Of a stretch of DNA of 64,000 bases, positions 28,974 to 41,767 are shown piece by piece. This DNA is from Octopus vulgaris (taxonomy: Eukaryota). The position numbers and the translations under genes are program-made. The stretch spans positions 63,798,001-63,862,000 of the forward strand of contig OX597816.1 of the NCBI GenBank assembly GCA_951406725.2, in the 5' to 3' direction. Position 1 is the first letter of the stretch. Each line of letters starts with the position of its first letter. The notes below the pieces were generated by a model, which saw only the letters and a program-made list of their open reading frames with translations, had not been told where the DNA came from and made no database searches.

Positions 28974-29088
28974 TGTATATATATATGTACGTATATATAT
29001 ACTTCATATATATATATATATGTATGTATATATATATATACGAATATATATATATTTATTTATATATACATACATATATATATATGAA

Positions 29089-29133
<45 letters not shown>

Positions 29134-30898
29134 CATATATATATACATATATATATATAAGAGAGAGAGAGGGGATAAATGGGAGAAGGTGGAGAGGGGG
29201 AGACATTTACAAACTTTGTAATCTTTGGCAACAAGCCATTCATGTTGAAATTGACCGAGTTGGTTCTATTTGTCACGCGTGACAGATCTTGCACGCAAAC
29301 CGTCCAGATTGGCAGCTTCCTGGTTCTTCACAGTCGTCTCAGTTTCATACATTCATAAAATAGGTTGCAAGGGTTTGGTTTTCATATATATATCAATGAT
29401 TCTTTTCCCTTTGGGACTATCGATGTTCACTACTGCGTGCTTATGTTTGTTTTGTTTTTCTTGTCTCTTCGTCTTCTTGTATTAATTTTCGTGCCATTTA
29501 TATTCTTTCAGATAGATGGAACTATTATTCGTGGCACAACTATGAAACATATTTATTAAATCACCCGCAGGTTTCGGACAACACGATCCGTTGATATAAA
29601 CCGATACTTGACTGGTAATTATTTTATTGAACTCGGATGTTGAAATGTGAAATCGAAATCAGTATGGTTTGAACTTATAATTGATATGGGAGGGATGAAA
29701 CTAAGGGTCAAATCGTATCTCGAATCGGAACCACAAGGAATAAGAGAGTTGAAAAGTTCCCTGCTAACTATAGAACTATATATCAATGTTCATGTCTATT
29801 ATAAACTTCAATATCCTATTGAAATGCTATTATATATTGAAGAAATTTAAAATTCACGCTATGACCCAATTTATTTTAATAATTTGGAAGATACTCAGAA
29901 AACTTTGAAATGAAATTGCTAGATTTCGAAATGATATAATTTCGCAGAATTCTCGTCATTACGTGGTAGAACTCCGCTCCAGGTTATACAAACAAATTCA
30001 CTAGCGTTGGGTAAATGAGAAAGACTCATATGAACAGTAGGACGAAGACAAGAATCAGTGATTCTAGTGCTTCAACTGAATAAGTCTCCAGGACTGGGAT
30101 GAGGTAAGATGAATGCATTAAGAAATCTCAGAAATTAGGGACAAGAATATTTAAACAATTCAGATCCCCGATGCTAGAAATGCTCTGGATAAGACTTGAC
30201 TTAATAGAAGACAAATCCGGACATGTTTCGCTCTTATTAAATCTATCCCCGTATGTCATGCTTCCACTCATCAGCGATTATGGACCTTCATGTTAAATTC
30301 TGAAGATGCATGCATGTTCATCTTGGGAAAGATACAATAATAGTTTTCCGTTGCCCTCTGCTAGCCTGCTGAACTCCCGAAGAGATATAAAAACTAAAAT
30401 GCCGTGATATCGGAATATGTACACGAACATGTGCAGGAAGCTCCCCTTCGATGACTTGCACTGGAAATTCGTATATATATCTTTAACAAAATAATTAAGT
30501 TGCTGACATAAAAATTAACATATTGAAAAAAAACAACCAACAAAAAGCAATGTGGTTTCACATTACTCAGTGGCACACAAGCCAATAGAAAAGAAAGGCA
30601 AATAAGCGCTTACATGTATAACGTGTACTCTACCGTACTGCTTAAGAATTCGTCTATTGTTTAGTCGAATAACCAATAATGAATTGCAAGCTCCCGAGGT
30701 GAAAAAAAAAAGTAAACAACTAAAAACATTCACCATGTATTTCAACATCATGTTTAAATTGTTTTAAAATTATTTTATCTTTTCCTCACAACAGAAGATA
30801 AAATTGCAATCCTCAAACCAAAATATTAGAAATACTAAAAATAGCATGAGAAAAAATCATATTTCTTATATAGAGAAACCAATATGAATAATACCTTA

Positions 30899-31298
30899 TA
30901 GGCGCAGGAGTGGTTGTGTGGTAAGTAGCTTGTTTACCAGCCACATGGTTCCGGGTTCAGTCTCACTGCGTGGCACCTTGGGCAAGTGTCTTCTACTATA
31001 GCCTCAGGCTGACCAAAGCCTTGTGAGTGGATTTGGTAGACGGAAACTGAAAGAAGCTCGTCGTATATATGTATATATATGTGTGTTTGTGTGTCTGTGC
31101 TTGTCCCCCTAGCATTGCTTGACAACCGATGCTGGTGTGTTTATGTCACCGTTACTTAGCGGTTCGGCAAAAGAGACCGATAGAATAAGTACTGGGCTTA
31201 CAAAGAATAAGTCCCGGGGTCGAGTTGCTCGATTAAAGGCGGTGCTCCAGCATGGCCGCAGTCAAATGACTGAAACAAGTAAAAGAGTAAAGAGTAAG
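30899..31298 (+). mobile_element. SINE family A copy (full length)
   Basis: ggcgcaggagtggttgtgtggtaag...gactgaaacaagtaaaagagtaaagag. Confidence 0.88.
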
Positions 31299-31306
31299 TA
31301 AAAACC

Positions 31307-31381
<75 letters not shown>

Positions 31382-31499
31382 TTGATGGAAAACAGAATAT
31401 GTAGACCAACGATATGTAGACAACTGATGTACCTCCGGAATATAGAATTGTACGTGTACGTTATATCCGTGTTGTAATGAGGTCTGTCGTTTTTCTTGG

Positions 31500-31646
<147 letters not shown>

Positions 31647-31696
31647 AAGAAGAAGAAGAAGAAGAAGAAGAAGAAGAAGAAGAAGGAGAAGAAGAA

Positions 31697-32112
31697 ATAA
31701 ACCGGACATGACAATTATAGAAAAGAAAAAGCGAAGTTGCTCACTGATCGAACCCTTCGTTTGATTTCAGGATCGCAAAAAAAGAGGGGGAAAATCAAAG
31801 AAAATACAAACCCATAAAATTTGAAATGGGAAAAAAATTGGTGCATAAGAATAGTAAAGGACGTGCCTACAATAATTGGTGAGATGGGAACAGTAATCAA
31901 AGATGTAGACAAATGGCTGAAGGAGAGCGGAGAATAATGCCTGGTAGGGATCACACAGAAAGTTTGCCTCTTAGAGACAACAAAGATCATCAGGTGAGTT
32001 CTAAGCACTTGAAAGACAGATGAAGACTTATGGATATCTGAGTTTACAAGTAGTAACCCGCAACCCACATAAATCCTACCAGCAATAAGACCAAACCTGA
32101 GTTAAACCAAAA
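31697..32112 (+). mobile_element. 3' fragment of an RLE non-LTR retrotransposon (R4/Dong-like)
   Basis: NKPDMTIIEKKKRSCSLIE...VPTIIGEMGTV...QKVCLLETTKIIR (PD-(D/E)xK region). Preceded by (AAT)n(AAG)n and ends in aataataataat. Confidence 0.75.
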
Positions 32113-33059
32113 TAATAATAATAACGATACTAATATATATATATTCTTTTACTTGTTTCAGCCATTTGACCCGGCCATGCTGGAGCACGTGCTTTTTAAA
32201 ACTATTTCAGCGTTGTCCTCGCCTGGGTTTTTTATTAGAGAAACATCGATTCATCTACAATCATTTTTTTTGTTTTTCCTTATTTTCATTTTATTCTACT
32301 TTTGTGCATTCATTTTTATCTAATTAATTTACCTACACAATAAAAAATAACATAAAACACTTATTTCTTAAGTGTTTAGTTTATTCATCTCTTTGAACAT
32401 CTTAACAAATAGAAAAGAATCACTAGGAGTGACACAAATCTTAAGAACCAAATAATTCTAAGAATTATTCTTGTTTATAAAAACTTAAATCGATGATGAG
32501 CTGTCTTAGGTCTTAGATGCTTAGAAATGTTTCCTTATCGAGTATGTTTACGTCAAAGAAATGACAAGTATTTTTCTTCCAAATTAACTTGGATATTTTT
32601 TTCATCGTCATGAATAACTACGATGTACATGCGCGCATATGAGACGTTTTGGCACAGCTGTTTTGACCCCGTTCGATTGGTGTCACTGATTCGACGCTCA
32701 TTATTAGACACGAAGCGTTTTGTCCCCGGAACCTTTATGTATTCTAGTTGTCAGCAAATCTATAATTGCAGCTTCTAATTACTTAACTACTAAACTTTGT
32801 TTAGCTTTCTGCTTCACTTTAGGTGTATGAAGGCTTGTGAAATATCAAAGAAGCAAAGAAAATATAACCTTTCTCAGTGGATTTCTGTACAGTTTTGACC
32901 AAATACAACTCACAGTGATTTTAAATGTTGGTGTCGTGATCAGAAAAATCAGAAAGGAGGAGAGACAAAAGAAGGAGAGAGAGAGAGAGAGAGTCATTAA
33001 AATATATGAAATAACCCAGTTTATTACAAATACCCCCCCCTCTCTCTCTCTATCTATCT

Positions 33060-33070
33060 ATCTATTTCTC

Positions 33071-33151
<81 letters not shown>

Positions 33152-33527
33152 ACTTTATCTAATTTTGCGTTTATGCATGTGCATGTTTTTTCTTTGTGTG
33201 AGGAGGTGACTTATTTGTAGCAATCGGGATCATTTAATATATTTTAATATTTCTCTTATTCTCTCTCTATTCATTTCTCTCTCTCTATCTCTGTCTGTCT
33301 CTGTCAGTCTTTCTCTCTCTCTTTCTCTCTATCTATCTATCTTACCTGTCTGTGTCTGTTTTTTTTATGTGTGTGGGTATAGTTCTCTTTGTGTTTTAGA
33401 GAAGAGGGAATGTGTTTATGTTAACCCGATTCCAATCAATATATTATAATTAATCTCTTTTACTGTTTCTCTCTGTCTCTACCGATATAACTATCTGTCT
33501 CTTTATCTGTTTATGTATGTATGTATG

Positions 33528-33587
<60 letters not shown>

Positions 33588-33600
33588 ATCAATCTATCTG

Positions 33601-33652
<52 letters not shown>

Positions 33653-34039
33653 ACTTTATCTAATTTTGCGTTTATGCATGTGCATGTTTTTTCTTTGTGT
33701 GAGGAGGTGACTTATTTGTAGCAATCGGGATCATTTAATATATTTTAATATTTCTCTTATTCTCTCTCTATTCATTTCTCTCTCTCTATCTCTGTCTGTC
33801 TCTGTCAGTCTTTCTCTCTCTCTTTCTCTCTATCTATCTATCTTACCTCTCTGTGTCTGTTTTTTTTATGTGTGTGGGTATAGTTCTCTTTGTGTTTTAG
33901 AGAAGAGGGAATGTGTTTATGTTAACCCGATTTCAATCAATATATTATAATTAATCTCTTTTTCTGTTTCTCTCTGTCTCTACCGATATAACTATCTGTC
34001 TCTTTATCTGTTTATGTATGTATGTATGTATTATCTATC

Positions 34040-34104
<65 letters not shown>

Positions 34105-34117
34105 ATCAATCTATCTG

Positions 34118-34189
<72 letters not shown>

Positions 34190-34190
34190 G
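33060..34190 (+). repeat. 501-bp tandem duplication bounded by (TCTA)n
   Basis: aactttatctaattttgcgtttatgc starts at both 33151 and 33652; the two units are nearly identical. Confidence 0.92.
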
Positions 34191-37100
34191 CTAGCTAGCT
34201 AGGTATTTCTATATATTTAAGAGCATGTGTGTATTTGCCGTGTGTGTGAAAATGTTCTGTCATCCAAAAGCCATCTCCGAGATAAGTTCAGTGTCCTGTC
34301 ATCCGTGCCAAAGAGACAACATCTAAACAGCCGCGCTGAGTAGTTCCATTTCGTCATTGGCAAACCAAAATTACTGAGGTGAATTTAGTGTTATTGCCCA
34401 GATAAGTAATTTTTCATAGATACTGTAGACTAAAGAACACTTAAGGTCATTGTCTCCTATTCGCATAAACAAGTAATCCAAATCGTTAACTTATATGGTA
34501 GTAGTACTGTAACAGTAGATCCAAGAAGAAAATCTAAGAGTGAAATCATAATGTAATTCTAGCAATACATTTGATGTTTCCCCCCAACTCTGCTTAACCA
34601 AAAAAAAAAAAAAAAAATTACTATTCACATCAGATTTTCCAAATCCTACAAGTGCTTCTAAGGTAGATATTTTTTGACATTTCAACACTATAACGGCAGA
34701 TAGTCTGAAAGGTTGTCCTACAGTTTTATTTTCCATATCAGATTGTTTTTCTTTCCTCACTATTTCAAGAATATTTCAAAATATGAGTAATAGAAAAACA
34801 TTGTCAGTATATAAGTTGGAATGTCATATGTGATCTATATTTTCATGGCTTCTGTTTTTCCAACGATATGAAAGATATCTACTTTACCTTTAAGTGATGA
34901 GTGGAACCGAATCAAATATTCCAAAGTAAAAGTTATGTAACGTAATTTGGTAAGCTAAAGAATATTCCTTTCAAGTTACTTAACTTTCTCCAAGGACATC
35001 GATGATGCCACGTATTTATCTTGAAGTAAAAAAGGTGAACCGAATTAAGTTTTCAAAAGTAGAAATCACAGAATGCAAATTGGTTTGCTAAAGACAATGC
35101 TTTCACTTTGCATTGATCAGTAAAAGCATCAGTGGTTCATTTTCTCAAAAATTCTTGCCAGGAATAACTGTGGGTCCCCAGAATGCAGAAGAAGAGTCTG
35201 CATAACTCTGAAGACAGTCAGAGAATATTTGCTTGTTGGTATTGACGGGTATCACCATATCTGCCAATAATTCTTCTGTTTTATTTTTGGCGGTTAGTGT
35301 CTTCCGATATAAAATCCATAAAATTGAGCAGTCATGAGATGTTTCTTTGATCCGAGCTTACCTTCCAATGTAATTCCCTGTTATTACAGTAGAAGAATCT
35401 CTAGTCATAAGAAGAAATTTACATCAGAATAAATTTGTTTTTTCCCTGGATACACCAAGCTTGAAGAAAATTAATAATTCACACACCAATTGCACTTCGA
35501 CTGGAAATGAGTAAAAGGCAAAGTCTTGACCCTGGAAATGACAATACATAATAAATTCTTAATTGCTGCCAAGGACACAGTATTTTGTTTTACAACCATA
35601 ATATTCAGTCAGGTATATTAAAGATTTACAAGTCAATACTGTGTCTTACTTTTGTGTTATCAGCGCGATGTCCTAATTTTTATGTTTACATATACAGATT
35701 TTGTATAAAATTCAGAGCTAGCACTGAAAGTTACGTTTCGTGTCCGAACACATATATGTAAACAATGAGATCGAAGACATAAAAAATAAGTAACGGGTGT
35801 ATATGCATATTTTAAGCGTTATTATGTATATGCACTCATTATCTATTATTTCTATATTCAATTGCATTATTTACACAAATGTATTCGTATAACAAACGCC
35901 AGTTATCTCTATAGAAAATCTGTAACGATTAGCTTAAAAATAATAAATTATTTAGAATCGAATACGGTGCTTCTAACTTTTACCATTAGTTCGATAACTT
36001 CAATAATTATAGTAAATCGAACTTCTTTAGTGGAATTGGACAAAGAAATTACCGATACTTCAGTTGTTTGTTGTACACCGTACAGAAGATTGGCGACGAT
36101 TACGAAACAAGGATTAACAAATTTCTTTGCTTCCTTAAAAATTATTTTTTATTTCCCTTCACAAGCACATGTTCTATTTGAACAGAGGTATGGAGAGTTT
36201 TTTGTGCACCTTTATTTAACATTGACTGGAATAAATTTTGCCGCTTCAGGAAAATATACACAAATCATTTTAAACAACTATGTGGCCTTCATTTGGTGAT
36301 TTGGTATCGTTTGTCCTTAAATAAGTTTGTAATTTGAAGCATCTGGACACTGATTTCTAGAGTTTACACTGAAAAATACATAGGTGTAAGACTTAAGCTC
36401 TACTCGATATATTTCCCGTTCCGTTTTATTTATATTAAATTTGAAGAGAGAATACTCTTCTGTCTTTGTGTTTCCTCTCAAGGTGAATCTGTCCTAGCCG
36501 CTATCCGCAGAGTCACCATCTGTAACATATGTAACTGTATTTTAAGTTCGTTATCCTCAATTACTTTGTCACTCATTATAAGGAACATGTCTCATGTATA
36601 TTCCGTTCGTATTCCTTTTCTTCACTCATGTTCCTTTCAGTTTCAAAAATGAAATAGTTCATTCAGCATAACCTCCTGCTGGTGTTCGTTTCATCATACA
36701 ATTAATTAAAGACATAGTGTCTCAGTCTACAATAAAGGAAAAAAATAGAATATTCTAACCTTTATAGTACTGTAGTCCATATAGTATTGTAGTTACTATA
36801 ACACCGTATTCTAAATTTTAGTTTCTGCAGAAATGTAGCTAAATTTGCAACTCAATTAAAGCATGATTTCAACAATCGCCTTCGGATATCCTTTAATGGT
36901 ATCGTCTATAAATGTATGATCCCAATACCTCGTTTGGTCTCCACCCAAAAGGATATGTTGCTCTAAATTACACTAAACATCTTGCTACGTAGAAAGAGGG
37001 AAAAAACATTAACCCCGAAGCTGATAACTACAATTACTTTAAAGATAATGTCCCTTTTTTAATTGTAGAAAAAATCTTTTATATTTGTATATTTTAAGTT

Positions 37101-37379
37101 ATATTCCCTTTCTATGTCATTCTCCCTTATTTTATTTAGATATCAGTCAATTCTTTATTATTATTTGCCTCAATATGATTTACTCCGCATTCTGTTGAGC
37201 TGATCAACATTTTAAGGTGCACTGATGTTCGAATAGATGCTATGTCGATTGCAGGTTTTTGTTGGTGGTTAGTGACTTTCATAGGTGTTTCTGAAATCGG
37301 GAACCCATGTAGCATGTGGCTCATCTGACAATAGGCTGGACTCTAAACAGTTAAGAAAGAAAACACAATAGTTACCATC

Positions 37380-38760
37380 AGGTACATCAATAACAATGTG
37401 ACCCCTTTCGGAGCACAATACAGGCAGGTATATAATGCAGACGTAACGTTTGGATAAGTATGGTCAGATGTGATTACCATGGACACGAAAGGCCACAAAA
37501 TCATATAGAAGTTTGATCTGGAGATCATGCTGAATAGATTAAAATTCAACTTCCAGTTTCGACGAACCAGTTGTTATGAATGTAGGAACAAAACCCATTT
37601 AAAAGCTGCCTGCGAGGAAAGCCTTAAACAACAAAACGAAAAGCAACATGAGTAAATCATGCCGGCAATCGCTTCTTAGAAGAAAACTGGTACAACACGT
37701 AAAGTGTAAAAGCAATTACCCGTCCGTGTTTCCATAAAAAGGAACAAAAGGCCCTCGATTTGTTACCCTTGTAAAGACGAATCCCTCCTCGGCAAAGACA
37801 GAATTTCTGCAGCAATAAAAGAAGCCGAGATTAAACGTAACCCTCATAGCCTTACCTCCACCAACTGAAGGAAATGGGGCTCCGACTGAGAACGAAAAGG
37901 ATAACCTTCCTGTAAGTCCTTCCTTTCCTAAGCAGCACAACCTAACAACGATTTTTCTCCATTATTTTGCACTCTGGGCCGTATTTTCTGCTGCTTTTAG
38001 GCTGGAACTCTGCTTCCTTAGCTCTGAATTTTGAGCTTTATCGAATAGCATCAAATTTTAGCTTGCGGGAAAACATTTCTCCTGAACCCTTGTTGGTTTT
38101 GTATGGCTATCGAGGCTCTACGCGTATATGCGTTTATTTCTTGGAATGGTAGCAGATTTTGTTCTAGTTTCTGCTATTGATCCTGCCCAGCATCTATCAG
38201 GAGCATGCGCTCTGATCTGATGGCATAGATTTAATGATCGGTGAAGCCCACAAACCAAGAGAACACAAGAGCTGGGCCGTCTTGTGACGAAGGCGAGAAA
38301 CATATATTTTTTTTAAATAGGAAAAAATCCCAAAAGAAAAGAATCGCAAAAAGTTCTAAGAGATCATCAAGTTTGGTACACCTGCCGTGATGGGATTGTA
38401 TTTCCTGATAAAGAAGAACTCTTATGTTATTAAAGAGAGACAATATCATATGAAACGAAACCAAACTTTTCCCCGAAAATGACTACTCTTCATTAGACTA
38501 ACAATTCCCTTATAAAACACACAATATACACAAGTAATTTTCAGACGAAGTATGGATCGTGAAGGGAATGAGATTATGTTTTACACAGTATAAAGAAAGA
38601 CAGATTACTAATACAAATCTTCAATGTTCCTTCCGAAGCATTATATTTCAGTAATCCTCTATAACAGAGCAGCATTTCTCACAGAACTTATTGGAATATC
38701 TAGTCATAAACAATACTGGGAAAAAAGTAAGTTCAACGATTATGCATTCATCTCATGTCT
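37380..38760 (+). mobile_element. Highly decayed L1/Tx1-like LINE (ORF1 zinc knuckle plus endonuclease trace)
   Basis: CYECRNKTHLKAAC (CX2CX4HX4C) at 37572-37613. Downstream DNII*NETKL and MDREG resemble APE endonuclease motifs. Boundaries are approximate. Confidence 0.55.
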
Positions 38761-39177
38761 TGGTAAGCGGTCAGTTTCACGTTTGTATGCATTTTTCTGT
38801 ATCTCGCGAAGCACTTGTGCCTAATTCAGTATATTTCAAGTCTTACGTTGAAAGGAATATGAGTGTAAAGGGAGAAGAGCTGCATCCTAGTGAATTTTTG
38901 AAAGGTGAATATAAATGGTGAGCATGGTCTGCTCTGAGCTTGCGTCTGTAGATTAGAGGAGTAGAACTGAAAGCATTACGTTAGTGGTCAGGCTGGCCGT
39001 AGTTTTGTGTTGTATCCACTAGAAGACTTTGGAAGTCGTATCACTTTTGATAGCATTTTTTCCTTGAATTTCTCATCCTTTCCGAGTTTCAGTGTTATTT
39101 TAATTTCTACACGCATTTATCTTGTTCCATACAAAGTTTTTGTTAATGCTTGGTGGTCAATAAAGAAAATGTTATCA

Positions 39178-39211
<34 letters not shown>

Positions 39212-40364
39212 CAGTGGTGGTGGTGGTGGCAGTGGTGGTGCTGGTGTTGTTATATCAAGATAGTGTTGTGCGAGAAATTGCTTCATTTCTTATTAGCGTA
39301 CATTTTATAATCTCCGTTTAGACGACGGAACCTTGTATAATTCGTGTTCCTTGGAATAGTTTATTTCGTAATCCATGTTTTGATGTTGATTATTCAGTTT
39401 TTAGTCATATTAATTAAGAATCGTAGCCATTGGAGTTTGCATTCTTTTATTATTGTTAAGAAGTGCTTCTCTATATCTTTACAGTCTCAATAAATTACTA
39501 TTTGGAACACTGATTTAATTAGAAATAAACCATAATCTTTTAAAGAATTCTGCAATAGTAGTTTCATACTATTTTTGTTGGTGGTTTGTTAGTGTTAGTT
39601 TTTATCATTAGTTAAACCTTTTGATCAAATTCATTCCGTTAATTAAAACTCCCAATTTATATATTTTCTTTCGCTGGAACTTGTTTTATCGAGTCCGGAA
39701 ATCTGAAAGAAAAAGACGAATGACTTTAACATGTGTTAAATTCATAACGTAAAGATACTTGACTAAATACAGCTGATGCACAGGGGAGTGAGCAGAGGCG
39801 ATAAGGGAAGGGGCAGATTGAATACCTATCGATAATAGCTTCGGTTCTATGTGCTTTCGGTTCAAATCGTACTGCAGTCATTATTAGCAGTTTATTCTCT
39901 CGGGGTCAATGAATAAATACAAATCCTAGACAGTGAATTAAGCAGAATTATTAGAGCGTCGTAAGACGAATCCTATGGTATCTGTTCCGGCATGTTTTAA
40001 ATAAATGCGAGATATTATAGCATACTTGGAAACAAACACCAACATCCTTTAAAAAAGTATTTTAAAAATAACAATATTTTCATTCAGATTGTATTAACAA
40101 CTGAGACACTTCAATGTAAGGGTGATATTTAGATAACAGAGTATGTTTTAAACTAAATGGTATGTTTAGCAATTTGGTACCATATTTATATTATAGTATA
40201 CGGCATCTTCACATTTGAAGGCAAGTGCTAAGCTGCATCGGCCTTTTGTTCCACTTTGACGATATCTATGGTATAGAGAAAAACATGTATGCATAGGAAG
40301 CTGCTGGTCTTTTATAGAAATAATAACTAAACCGTGTAAATTTCTTCACTACAAGATCGAATCC

Positions 40365-40775
40365 TTGTTGCGGTATGGTGGCTTGTGGGCTTCAATGACT
40401 CTGAGCGCTATGCAAACGGATCGCAAACGGACGGCAAGCGGCTAGTAATGCTTACCATGCTGGACAGGTCAAGGGTTAGAGACTTGAGTAATATGGACCA
40501 TCGATTCCTTGAGATGAAACTGGGTTTGCGTATGATCAACACCCATTTCTGGAAAAGAAAACGAAGGTACACAAGTGTCAGTGACGATTTAAAATCAACA
40601 AGACCTGGGAGAGTCATATGTTTCCACATCCGGGAAACATGACGATGTGCGTCAAAATCTGAATGAAAACTTCAGCAAAAAGCAGGGATCCAGCTGAAGA
40701 GAAGGATCCAGAATCGAGAAGGCTGGAAAAAAGCATTCGATTGCCTTTTCTCTATAGGGAGAAAAGAGATTATTA
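40365..40775 (+). mobile_element. Probable internally deleted RTE LINE derivative (5' UTR joined to 3' end)
   Basis: 5' part ggcttgtgggcttcaatgactctgagcgctatgc...catgctggacaggtcaagggttagag resembles RTE 5' UTRs. The 3' part encodes KRRIQNREGWKK (RTE C-terminal A.DR..W motif) and has a short repeat tail. Family assignment is by recognition only. Confidence 0.5.
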
Positions 40776-41519
40776 TTTTTTATTTATGCGCCCTTTTTCA
40801 AGCCTTGCCAGGCTCATGGGCCTGGTTTCCCGGTTTCTGTAGCGTATGTGTTCCCCCCCAGCTGGACGGAACGCCAGTCCATCGCAGCGTAGCTCAAGAA
40901 ACAGGAAGTGAGAGAAAGTTGGGGCGAAAGAGTACAACAGGGGCCGCCACCACCCCCTGCCGGAGCATCGTGGAGCTTCAGGTGTTTTCGCTCAATAAAC
41001 ACACACAATGCCCGGTCTGGGATTCGAAACCACGATCCTCCGACCGCGAGTCCGCTGCCCTAACCATTAATTGTCTATTTCTAAGCCTTGAAGCGGCGGT
41101 TGCCATAAGCAGCTGTATGATCTCACCAGGCACACACGGATGAACTTCATCTGATAATGCCACATACTGCTATATGCGTGGACTTTAAGATGGTCAAGTT
41201 TTCCGTGGGGAACAAAGTGGATACACCAAATATCCATGCTTGTAATGTACGTTGGACAGCAGAAGCAGGACAAATCATTGGATCAGTTTCTCGAGGTGTG
41301 GCGGCTACTGCAGTTCGTTATACTGAATCACCCAAGTACTTAAGGCAAAGTTAAACACGACGGGTTTTAAAGATGTGAACCTCAAGAAATGTACTATGCT
41401 ACAAGAAAATAATTTAAACGACATTTTAAAGAATTCAGCACTGTACGGATATTACTGTAAAATAATTATTACAACAATAATAAATCTCTGAGCGAGGTAT
41501 AGACAGTAGCTGCACGACA

Positions 41520-41767
41520 TCGTGAAGTATATTTGCCACTTAAATGTGGCTAACCTTTAAGGGTGGATACTACTGTAGCTTGTAGCCCCAGGAGGACACC
41601 TCCTCCAGCTGGCTATTGACACACTTTCTGTGCCCTATAGGTATTTGCAAAGGGCACAGAAAGTGTGTCACTAGCCAGCTGGAGGAGGTGTCCTCCTGGG
41701 GCTACAAACTACAGTAGCATCCACCCTTAGGGGTTAGCCACATTTAACTGGCAAATATACTTCACGA
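41520..41767. repeat. Near-perfect hairpin (foldback/MITE-like) with 117-bp arms and a 14-nt loop
   Basis: 41520-41636 is the reverse complement of 41651-41767 with only a few mismatches. Confidence 0.92.
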
